Source of the DNA: Macrostomum lignano
Lineage: Eukaryota
NCBI GenBank assembly: GCA_002269645.1
Contig: NIVC01000713.1
Location: forward strand, 1-64,000
Length of the DNA stretch: 64,000 nucleotides
Reading direction: 5' to 3'
Part shown: one piece after another, positions 1 through 11,064 of the stretch
Layout of the letters: each line of letters begins with the position of its first letter
Numbering within the stretch: the first letter of the stretch is position 1
Made by a program: the position numbers and the translations under genes
The notes under the pieces: generated by a model
What the model saw: only the letters and a program-made list of their open reading frames with translations
What the model was told of the DNA's origin: nothing
Database searches by the model: none

Positions 1-3000
1 TGAATTTGCATAACTGATCGTTCCGCATGTGTTGTTAACGGCTGAAAGCAGATAGTAATATTTGTGTTTAGTACGCATATGTACTCGTAATTAGAAAGCG
101 GCCAGTGCTTCAATGAAAAAATGGCTTATCTTGTGTGTGGTGCTGCTAAGCACAGTTTTTATCATTTTGGCATTGTTGCGCAACATTCCGTTATTAAGCG
201 CAAATATTTTTTAAAATTTCGTTTTTTAGCATTTAAACATATCTGTAGATATCTATATCTATCTGACGGAAAACTGGTAAAAATACATTTTCTTGTTTCT
301 TAGTTACTATGCTTTACGTCATATGTGCTTAATGCTTTGCTTACCATTGTCAATTTCTTGAAGCCACAATGCAAAGCCATATCCTCCATAGTCACTGTCT
401 GTGTTAAACCGCACAGTCGCCGTGTTTGCTGAGGATACAATAACACCTTTAAAATTACTGCCGGAAGTATTGAGCAGAACAGCTGAACCGTTGGAGCCAT
501 CAAACACTGTCACTCTATCATTTGTCTGTGTATTGAAGTAAGTAAAACGAAAGGCGATTCTCTGTTCGACAGGAACGCTTATGTGCCAGTAGCAGTCATG
601 TTGTTTAAATAGGACTTGAACCAACACCGTAGTGACTCCTTATTTGACTTCCCGTTTTCGTTGCTGTCACGTTTTCAAATCCGTAACAGTCTGAAAAAAT
701 ATGTTTAAATATATGAGAACTTCCAACGGGGACTGTATTTGGTACATGGCTAAATAAACAACTAATACAATAAATAAAGCATCTAAGGTAGAAATATACT
801 TCAAAACTCTGCCAATTTCGACTTCGACGTTAGCGAGACGGAAAGCTTTTAATTTCTTTTAAAGAAGTATTTTAATTTTCAGAGGTTAATTGAAGGGAGT
901 ATTCAGTAGTCCCTGGTTAGTTGTTGCAAAGTTCATAATTTGCTCTGATTCAAAGAACCCATTGTTGCTCTTTTTGCAACTAGAACACGGGAAGACGAGA
1001 CGTTTGTGACTTTCGTTCGATAAAACTTAAGATTTGCTGTCTCGATTATTTTTTGGCTTGCGGGCGTAGCGCCTTTCTGCTTCAGTTGTTAATGATTAGT
1101 TGCAAAAATATTAAGAAAATTGTTTTCAAAACTTTAAACTTACATAACTGGGTAAAGTTATAATGAAGTCGAAATCCGAGACCTGAGTACATGCTGCTTG
1201 TAGTAAATGTTACGCTTACAACACTTGCTGTGGATTGAAACCCCGACGGCGAAGGCGAATGGCCCCTGCGGAGCGTTGCAATTGTGCTCGAAGACTCTCC
1301 CATGTTTCGAGCGCTGACGTAGTCATTGTACCCTAAATTAAAATAGGAAAACCAGAACCAAACCTGCTGACCAGGCGGTGCCGTAATGTACCAGACGCAC
1401 TGTGCATTGTTCCCATAATAGTATTCTCCGACGCCATTGTGACTTACTACTTCACCTGTGCTATTAGTCAAGTTGCGTTTGTCTGGGCAGTCTGAAATTT
1501 ACAAAAATATTTACATTCAATGAAGCCCGCAGAAGAAAGCTATACAAATATAATTTATATTCAAAAGTACTTCAATATTGGATTGTGATGAACACTCCTT
1601 AATGTTTGAATAATACAGACCATTCCACTATGTCATGAGTACTGCATATTCCTCTTTTATCTTAGGTTGCTACACAGAGGGAGTACGATGCATGCAAGTA
1701 TCGATTTTTAACTCGAATTCTTGCTGAAAATTCTTATTTTTAGCTCATTTTTTGCTTGCAAATCATAACATATACTAGGGTGGCGATAAATCATAGCGAC
1801 TAAGTACAAAGTACGTGAAACTTTTATAAAAAACCCATAAAAAGTTTACAAACAAGAAATATACATAAGTAACAAATTAGTGATTGAATCTCATTACAAA
1901 ACTCACAGTTTTGCAATTCAAACTTGATTTGAAAGCCCGTGGACTCATAAGCTCCATTGGAACTAAACCTGATGATGAAGTTGCCATCCACCTGAAGTGT
2001 CATGCCAGTGACAGCTTTCCAGCCGCACAAATTCACATTAGAACTGCCACCTGTCACTGACGCTGTGCCTTGATTTACAGACAGGCAATCTCCATTTCCG
2101 AGAGACACGTTGCCAACGTAGAGCTGGTAAAACTTTCCGGACACCGATGGCAAGGTCCAGCTGCATGACATAAACTGTGTTGGTCGTAGCCGGGGTGGCT
2201 GACAATCATTCCGGAAGAGTTGGAAGCGTCATCAAACGTGACTGGTCCGCACGTGCTGCTGTTAGCTGCAGAAATTTGGATTAAGCGAGAAGATGACTGC
2301 CATTTATTCAATGTTTACAAAACAAAACCGATATTATCGTCGATGCACCTCTCAACATGCAATCGCAACTATATGATATTATGATTCAATGATTCACAAT
2401 CCGATAACACTGGCAACTAACCTGATACGGTGGCGTTATACTCTAAACGAAATCCTTTTCTTGCGAATTGGCTGTTTGAATAAAAATTCACTGTCAGAAT
2501 ATTTGCGGACGAAACGAATCTCGGCGACTCATAGCCAACTGAGTCATTCGCGCTAACGACTGCAATTTCGGATGACGTTGTCAGGCCGTCGTACAGAGAC
2601 ACTCTGTCGTTTGGCGACTCGAGATCCATGTAGGTGAACCAGACTATGACTCTCTTGCCAGGTGGCGCATCCAGCTGCCAGTAGCACTGCGAGTTGCTGC
2701 TGTAGTTTGTTGTGCCGACTCCGCTGTGACTGGCGATTTCGCCACCGGCCTCAGCTGACAGCGCTGGAGCGCGCTGCTGCAGTCTGTTTGGGAATGGTTG
2801 GTCCGGTTAGTGAAGGAATATTAATATCGATTGACTATCATATATTAGCTGGTCGTGATGCTTAGCTAAAGTAACTTTAAGAAGGCAAATTTCAAGAGCT
2901 AAAATAGATTAACTACAGTGATAAAATACAGAAGTGAAGCCGGAAAAAATGTTTGTTTTAAAATGCTAGTTATCAGCAGAAAACATGAGTAACTCACAGG

Positions 3001-3184
3001 CAGTTTGACTGCTGCACTTTGGCAGAAAGATCAACAAGGCACAAGCAACGAAGCCAAGCTCCCAAAGTATTATTTCTGCGACAGAAAAAGTAATAGCTCG
3101 TAATCATGGGTAAATTATTAACCAAGTTTGCTATATCTGAGCAAAAATATTTAGGAGTAACTCACTGCGTTCCTGGTAGGCCAT
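1..3184 (-). CDS. Secreted multi-CUB-domain protein (cubilin/tolloid-like CUB array); 3' end lies beyond the left edge; carries several 1-nt frameshifts
   Basis: Exons (minus): 3184-3166 (MAYQER), 3075-2998 (signal-peptide-like KIILWELGFVACALLIFLPKCSSQTA), 2783-2422, 2265-1907, 1491-1144, 690-345, 41-<1. All introns are GT-AG phase 1, with one CUB per exon from exon 3 on (C...GEVVSH..Y.NN.QC.W.I.AP.G..V...F.YF.L...DYV...). 1-nt deletions are needed near 2765, near 2173 and twice near 605 to keep frame. Confidence 0.8.
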
Positions 3185-3654
3185 GTTAAAATTTTTCAGA
3201 ACTCTGGATTTTTCAAAATCGCAAGAAAATTCTGTTGCAGTTGCTTCTGAGAGATTTTTATTAACAAGGACGGCTATATGCTACAATTATATAAAATTTC
3301 GTTTTGAATGCGGATACAAGACCATATAGCATTCTTTGTATTTAATGTTTTGCACAACAATTAAACGAAGAATCTTCAAATGTGGCGCAGAGAAAGAGTT
3401 GACAGGGGGGCTTTTTGGAAGACAAGGTTTCAAGGAATTGGTTCACTATAGTGGGTCCCTATTCTATTGTAATAGATTTGAAACACGCAAACAGGCTTTT
3501 TAAGAAGCGAATAAGGTATGGTATACAAGATACAGAACAACTGGAAGTTATTGCTCCATAAAAATGAGACCATATCGCAAAGCTAAACTTTATGAACTCG
3601 GACAATAGCTATATTTTTAAGCTGAATCCGTAACCCTAAACAGACTAACCGACT

Positions 3655-4077
<423 letters not shown>

Positions 4078-4466
4078 TCATTTAGTGTTAAATATATCTG
4101 TTTAAACTGTGCTGTAATATAACGCTGTGCTGTCTAATAAGTCCAGGGGCTGTTTTGGATTCCGGAGCAGCATTTCAACAGAATTATTAGCATGCTCTAT
4201 TTTACTTCCTTTTGCTCAGAAGAGTGTTTTGTTACTTTGCTATTGCGATCGTACTATGTTCTACAAGAAAAATACCAACAACCCGGTGAACAATTACTTT
4301 ATTTTTCCACGTGCCTCACACTGGAAGTGCTCTATCTACAGTAGTATTCAGCACTTTTCATGTCCGTCATCGGAATACATATTATCACATTGGTATTGGG
4401 TTAACAGTCAGAATATTAGAAGAATGAGAGCAAACTGTTTAACGAAATTCCCTCGCGCTGCGTTAT

Positions 4467-4995
4467 CGCCCCTGGTGCTGGCGTCCCTGGTGCTGGCGCG
4501 CCGGGTGCTAAAGCCCCTGGTGCTGGCGCCCCTGGTTCTAAAGCCCCTGGTGCTGGCGCCCCTGATGCTAAAGCCCCTGGTGCTAAAGCCCCTGGTGCTA
4601 AAGCCCCTGGTGCTAAAGCCCCTGGTGCTAAAGCCCCTGGTGCTGGCGCCACTGATGCTAAAGCCCTGGTGCTAAAGCCCCTGGTGCTAAAGCCCCTGGT
4701 GCTAAAGCCCCTGGTGCTAAAGCCCCTGGTGCTAAAGCCCCTGGTGCTAAAGCCCCTGGTGCTAAAGCCCCTGGTGCTAAAGCCCCTGGTGCTAAAGCCC
4801 CTGGTGCTGGCGCCGCTGGTGCTGGCACCGCCGGTGCTGGCGCCGCTGGTGCTGGCACCGCCGGTGCTGGCGCCTCTGCTGCTAAAGCCCCTGGTGCTGG
4901 CGCCCCTGATGCTAAAGCCCCTGGTGCTAAAGCCCCTGTTGCTAAAGCCCTTGGTGCTAAAGCCCCTGGTGCTAAAGCCCCTGGTGCTAAAGCCC
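4467..4995. repeat. 15-bp minisatellite CCCCTGGTGCTAAAG
   Basis: Tandem units visible, with GGCGCC variants; source of the LVLKP/ALAPG pseudo-ORFs. Confidence 0.95.
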
Positions 4996-5148
4996 CATGA
5001 AATTAAAGTTGCGTCTTCTCAAAATAAAATGGTTCGACTTTAGTCGCAATAGCGCTAGTTACATTAAAATGAACTGGTGGCCTCTCAAAAGGCACCACAA
5101 AGTGTCGGGTGCACCTGCACCTACTTTAACTTGTGTTGTGTTCAATCA

Positions 5149-5530
5149 GGGTCCATGAGAATTGCCCGCAGACGAATTGCCCGCCGAGCTTTTCCCGCCG
5201 AGGTTTGCCCGCAATGCTTTTTTCCTGCAGTGCCTTTGGCCACGGCAGATTTTGTCTGCATTGCCTCCCCAATGCTTAGTAAGTCTTAATAAAGAGATTT
5301 AACCGATCAAACGTTTTGATAGTAACTGCATATCAAATGCATATTTTTTGGGGGGAGGCAATGCAGACAGAATCTAGCTGCCAAGCGCTGCAGTAAAAAA
5401 GCATTGCGGGCAAACCTCGGCGGGAAAAAACTCGGCGGGCAACTCGCTCGTGGGCAATTCACTCGCGGGCAAATTGCACTGCGGGCAAATCTCGGCGGGC
5501 AATTCGTCTGCGGGCATTTCTCGTGCTCCC
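5149..5530. mobile_element. Non-autonomous Mutator(MULE)-like foldback MITE
   Basis: GGG..CCC termini. Left arm GGGTCCATGAGAATTGCCCGCAGACGAATTGCCCGCCGAG matches the reverse complement of the right arm over more than 100 bp. 9-bp direct repeat GTTCAATCA at 5140-5148 and 5531-5539. Confidence 0.85.
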
Positions 5531-5884
5531 GTTCAATCAGCTAATAAATTTTAGAATCTAAAAAGATCGTAAAAGCAACAAGAAAAACCACCAAATTCAA
5601 AAGCAACAAAACTGCAAGACGCGTAGAAAAACAATGAAACTTTGAAACAGACGGTAAATACGTCAAATATCTGTTCGACCGATTAAAAATATTGATTCAG
5701 TATTTGTGCCGCAACTGCGCTGTCAATCACACACATGTATAATTCCTTGAATAAAAAGACAAACTTTCGAATCGAGGAAGCAGTGGCCAAGCAAAGTAAG
5801 CATTTTCGCTGATTGAAGAAAGCTTCTCTTGACTGCTTCTGAGTCCAACTTGCATTTTTGCATAGATTGTTTTTAATGTGCTAT

Positions 5885-8487
5885 TTAGGGGACATCGGCC
5901 ACAGTGTATACTGTATCTTCTTCATAAACCTGAAATAATTAAAGAAACATGAAAGGTGAGAATCAATTTGAAGACCTCACTAAAATACCAATGGTATTTA
6001 AATCCAGAAAAAATATTTTTTTTAAAAATTACCGCTAAGTGCTCAGATACTCCTTCCGATCTCCTAGGTTCCTGAGGGTTGGTCAGCTGTAACAAAATTT
6101 CATTAACTTTTGAATCGTTAAACTGCTTAATATCGAGATAACAAACAAGTTAGCAACCAACCTCAAGATGATAAGATGACTTTACATCAGTAACAAACGA
6201 AACTCGTAACCTTTCACCAGGCGTCTTAGCGAGAGTAGAGGCCTTTAGACGAAAAAAACAGTGAAAGTTGTATGGCTGGTGAACAAACTACTCAGAAATT
6301 TCCATTTGTTTTAATTTACTGATACCAGTTCCTACCTCAGCAGGTTGATCAACGGGGCGTCTTGGAAGCGGAGGTGCTAGAGCCTAGGGAACATTGGAAA
6401 AAAATTAAATGGTTTTTTTGTTCAGTCTGAATGATTTTGAGTTCATAACCTGAATGGCCTATTACATGTACGCTAGTTTATGTGCTCGAATGGAATTTAT
6501 GACTCAGATTGTCAAATGCTAAGAGAGAACTTCTCAGGAGTTAAAATGCTCAGAGGGAATTTCTCAGATGGTCGAGTGCTCATAGGGGATTTCTCAGATA
6601 AACAAGTGCTCAGAAGGGAATTCTTAGATTTTCAAGTACTCATAGGGGATTTTTCATGTGTTCAAGTGCTCATAGAGGGAATTCAACAGCTGGTCTAGAG
6701 CTCATAGGGAACTTCTCAGGTGGTGGTAAAGTGCTCAATTTGAATTTCCCTGTTTGCCCTAGGTGAAAATATAAAAACTTCAAACAGGGTCTTGAGATTT
6801 CTTGATTGTTTCTCAGTAAATACTATAATTTTATTATTAAACTGAAGCAAATTCAGCTCGCAGTGCAGCTTACGTCACCGGAGACCTGGGAATTGGCTTC
6901 GGGTTCCTCGGTGAGCCAGTCTGAAGTCGAACTCTGATCGGGCCGCTTCAACAGCAACCTGGCGATGCTGTTGATCTGCGTGTTGAATGGAAAACAGATT
7001 CTGACCTTAACTTTACAACCCAGATCCGTGTTTATTTATTTCAGCAAAAGAACTTCAACACTGCTAAAAAGGTGCATAGCTAATTTCTATAATGTTTAAC
7101 AGCTTCAAGGAAATGACGAGTACTTTCTTTGCTAAGTTGCAGTTTCAAGAGCTCTGTGGGACGTTTTAGTTGGTACAAAGATGTGATATGATAGCTGAGA
7201 TCTCATTTACCATTTGCTACTCGTAGTCTGACACCAAGCTTAAATTTTGTTGAAAGTGTTCAAATGCAATATCTCAATTGTTCAACGTAGTTTAGAGTAA
7301 TCTGTTTATGGGAATAAGGTGCTAAAGCCTTTGGTACTAAACCAATAGTGCCGGCGCCCCTGGTGCTAAAGCCCCTGGTGCTAAAGTCCATGGTGCTAAA
7401 GCCCCTGGTGCTAAAGCCCCTGGTGCTAAAGTCCATGGTGCTAAAGCCCCTGGTGCTAAAGCCACTGCTGCTAAAGCCCATGGTGCTAAAGCCCCTGGTG
7501 CTAAAGCCCATGGTGCTAAAGCCCCTGGTGCTAAAGTCCATGGTGCTAAAGCCCCTGGCGCTAAAGCCACTGCTGCTAAAGCCCCTGGTGCTAAAGACCA
7601 TGGTGCTAAAGCCCCTGGTGCTAAAGTCCATGGTGCTAAAGTCCATGGTGCTAAAGCCCCTGGCGCTAAAGCCACTGCTGCTAAAGCCCCTGGTGCTAAA
7701 GACCATGGTGCTAAAGCCCCTGGTGCTAAAGTTCATGGTGCTAAAGCCTCTGGTGCTAAAGCCCATGGTGCTAAAGCCCCTGGTGCTAAAGCCCCTGGTG
7801 CTAAAGTCCATGGTGCTAAAGCCCTGGTGCTAAAGTCCATGGTGCTAAAGCCCCTGGCGCTAAAGCCACTGCTGCTAAAGCCCCTGGTGCTAAAGTCCAC
7901 GGTGCTAAAGCCTCTGGTGCTAAAGCCCATGGTGCTAAAGCCCCTGGTGCTAAAGTCCATGGTGCTAAAGCCCCTGGTGCTAAAGTCCATGGTGCTAAAA
8001 CCCCTGGCGCTAAAGCCACTGCTGCTAAAGCCCCTGGTGCTAAAGTCCATGGTGCTAAAGCCCCTGGTGCTAAAGCCCCTGGTGCTAAAGCCACTGCTGC
8101 TAAAGCCAGGTGCTAAAGTCACTGGTGCTAAAGCCCTCGGTGCTAAATCCCCTCTCCCCGCCTCAGAACTCACCCTGCGCAGGGCAACAGCAACCAAGAC
8201 AATTTGCAGAATGACACCCAGTAGAAGAATGAAGGCGGCAACTGGCAGGGCAATGATGATGGTCATGCCCACGTATCTGTCACTGATGTCTGAAACGAGC
8301 ACAAAATCACGGTGTGATTGGTTTTAATCAGAGCAGATAATAATTTTGCTCACGCACCGATCATCACATGTTGCGCTGCCTGCGGCGCAGCAGTGGAACT
8401 CGACAAGAACTCGTACTGCCTACTGGGCCTGGAGAGCATCTCAGTAACTGGGCTGGTTGTGTCGTCTGTATCGGTTGTGCTGTCCAT
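5885..8487 (-). CDS. Orphan single-pass membrane protein, about 191 aa, transmembrane-adaptor-like
   Basis: Exons 8487-8358, 8289-8174 (TM segment MTIIIALPVAAFILLLGVILQIVLVAVAL followed by RR), 6975-6874, 6383-6336 (ALAPPLPRRPVDQPAE), 6242-6162, 6086-6033, 5929-5885 (VYEEDTVYTVADVP*). All GT-AG and phase-compatible with no internal stops. The exon 5 donor is the least certain. Confidence 0.7.
6520..6750. repeat. Degenerate ~30-bp tandem repeat (GTGCTCATAGGGGATTTCTCAG core)
   Basis: About 7-8 diverged units in intron 3 of the membrane-protein gene. Confidence 0.75.
7319..8147. repeat. 15-bp minisatellite, same family as 4467-4995
   Basis: CCCCTGGTGCTAAAG / TCCATGGTGCTAAAG units filling most of intron 2 of the membrane-protein gene. 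Confidence 0.95.
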
Positions 8488-11064
8488 TATATGTAGGACC
8501 ACGATAGAGCGCCTTACAGATAGCAACTAATCCAAAGCTTTGAATGCGCTTTACAGTCTCAAAATAGCTATAGAAGATTTGTAAAGCTTCCAGAAATCTA
8601 TCTGAGCTGCTGCTAAATACACAGCTGTTTTACACGAAGTTCGTCAATGTCAATATATCGAAGAACTTCGGTTTACCGAATTGAGCTTGTGTTGCTAAAA
8701 ATAGCTTCATACAGACGGTGAACTTCATGAAGAGCTTAGTATAGGGTTACTTAATTATTATTGTTTCTTTGCTTTTCTGTACAACACATTTGCTATCTGT
8801 AGAACAGATTATAATTTGAAACTTCAGTCAGAAAGATTGTCAGCAACATCGCCACGACAATGGCAATGTTGCAATCCGTTGGGCTTCAGAGTCCGGGGTG
8901 CAAAACCAAGCCGGTATACCGTATGGATGCCTGCAGCCTTAACTACACGACTGTGAAGTAAACCAGCTCGAAACGTTTTGCAAATCTCGACATTTCAATT
9001 TTTCTAGAGAACGCATAGCCGGTAATTTGGATTTACACATAGACAAAATTAGTCCACAAAAATTGTCCATGTACTCGTAGTTGTCCTTACGTTTTGTCTA
9101 AAAATGTCTGTTTGTCCCGTTTTGATGTGGACATTTGCTCACTAGCGAATTCGACCTATTGAAAACGTAGAAGCAATGATCGCCTGGGAGCAGCGTTGTG
9201 ACAGGCGGTTGTCAAGATTGTCATGCAACATAATTATACGAGTATATCAGAGTTTGACGGTTCAAACTGTAACGAGACTTGATCCCTATGCCTGTGCTTC
9301 TATCGTTTAAAACAAATACAACTACCGTTATCTCGATGCCCAGCTTCTTGTCGTTTTCAAGTGTTGTATTTGTGAACAAGGCATGGTTGACAGCAGTAGA
9401 AGACAACCTGCAGGTCATATACGTCGTAGGAGATTAAATGTCAATAGAAAATTCCGCAAAAATAGAGGACCTAAGCATTGGGTGAATGTACCTGTAATCC
9501 AGAAAGTTCTGACACTTTTTAACTCGGATCAAAAACGAAAGTAGCTCGTAGCTGCTAACGCAAATTTTGTGTCATTTTGAAGTGGTGTGGCGTATTTTTG
9601 CTTTCTAATAAATTCAATCTCGCATATTATTCTCGTGATTTCGTGCAAAATGATGTCTTTACTTTACCACAGTTGAAAAACATTTGAGAGGGTGAGTTTG
9701 TGCCAGCACAGGTCATTTGGAACACAATTTCCTGCGAAGTCACTCCCATGGTCTTTTCAAGGCAATGCTGTTCTGAAGCCATTGACTGGACGCTCTACTA
9801 AGCGATGGGAGAATTGAGTTCCTACAAGTGGAGACTTTAATGCTGAGAAGGCTGCTTTAAAGGACAATTATTTTTATAAAAGACTATTAGCCAGAAAATT
9901 TAGGTTCATACACGTACTATTTATACGAGTATACTTCTTTCAACGGATGCTGAAATATAAGCTTTGAAGAAACGTACACAATTTGTGAGATAAATATATT
10001 CATGCATATAGCTTTCTACGCCGTTTTATTTATTGCCGTGGGTGACAGCCTTAACACTCTTAGAAGAAAGTTGGTTTGAGATAGGTAGTTTACTGCTACC
10101 AAAGCCCCTTGGCTGGTCATTAATTCTATTACGCAAGATTATACACTAAAGAATGAAGGCTGGATGTCAAATAGAGTTGTTCTGAGTTTACGAGTATCAC
10201 AATAACTGTATTAATCAATTGATTTCTTTACACCTGATTTCCTAGATCCTGTGCCTTGGGCTGCTACTCCCGTTTATTTGAGGCAAGATTCCTCTTGTGC
10301 AACCTAGCTAGCATTCTATTATGCCAACTCCGTTCAATTTTCTTAAACGACCCCGACAGATGCTTCAACTGCTCTTTAGTTATAGGAAATCCCACAACGT
10401 CTTAACTAAACTACCTGATCTACTGACACTTCTGAAACAAAAAGCTACTAACAGTAGCGTAAAAGCTAATCTACAGTAGCTAACCCCTTAAACTATGCCC
10501 TAATAATACTACATTGTTGACGCTTATGACGTCAATATTTGAAGTACGAGAGCTGCGTTATTAATTTGTAAGGCTCTGTAGTGCAGTGCAAGGTGAAGGA
10601 ATCAACGAATTGTTGGAGACGAAAACTGTTGAGAACATTTCAGCTGGGGGTTAAATCCAATTAAACCAATGCAGTAGTGCAGAGGCACACAAACAGACGC
10701 AGGCAAGAGAAGGGTAAGCGAGCGCAAACAATTTGGCGTGTCGCACTGACCAACCCCTTGGCATAAGCCGCGCTCTCGACACGTCAAACTAAAACCAGCA
10801 AAAATGGAAGAATAAAAACCCAGCATTAAAACAGCTCTAGCTGTTGCTGTGGTAGGAAGCTACAAACAGGGCAGAGAGGCTGACACACCCCGAGTTCAAT
10901 TAATGCCTTGCGGTATTTTACGAGTTCTACCGTATTTAACGCGTGCGCGCGGGTTTTAAGCGGCAGAAAGCTTGAAGGCTTCCAGAGTACAAGAGAATAC
11001 CAACCAAAATAATCTAGCTCACTTTTTCTACTGCTGGTTAATTGGCAAGACAGCCAAGACGGTT

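Noticed and set aside
6336-6383. Similarity of exon start GCTCTAGCACC to the 15-bp array unit (GCTTTAGCACC)
   Set aside because: Only 10 of 11 bases match, about 1 kb from the array; not enough to claim exonisation or origin.
4127-8327. LVLKP / ALAPG / FSTRG repeat proteins (elastin- or antifreeze-like)
   Set aside because: All frames on both strands are open simply because the 15-bp unit lacks stops; no splice or start context.
10602-10826. Cys-containing 74-aa ORF as an EGF-like exon
   Set aside because: No convincing Cys spacing or splice sites; likely intergenic or promoter sequence between divergent genes.
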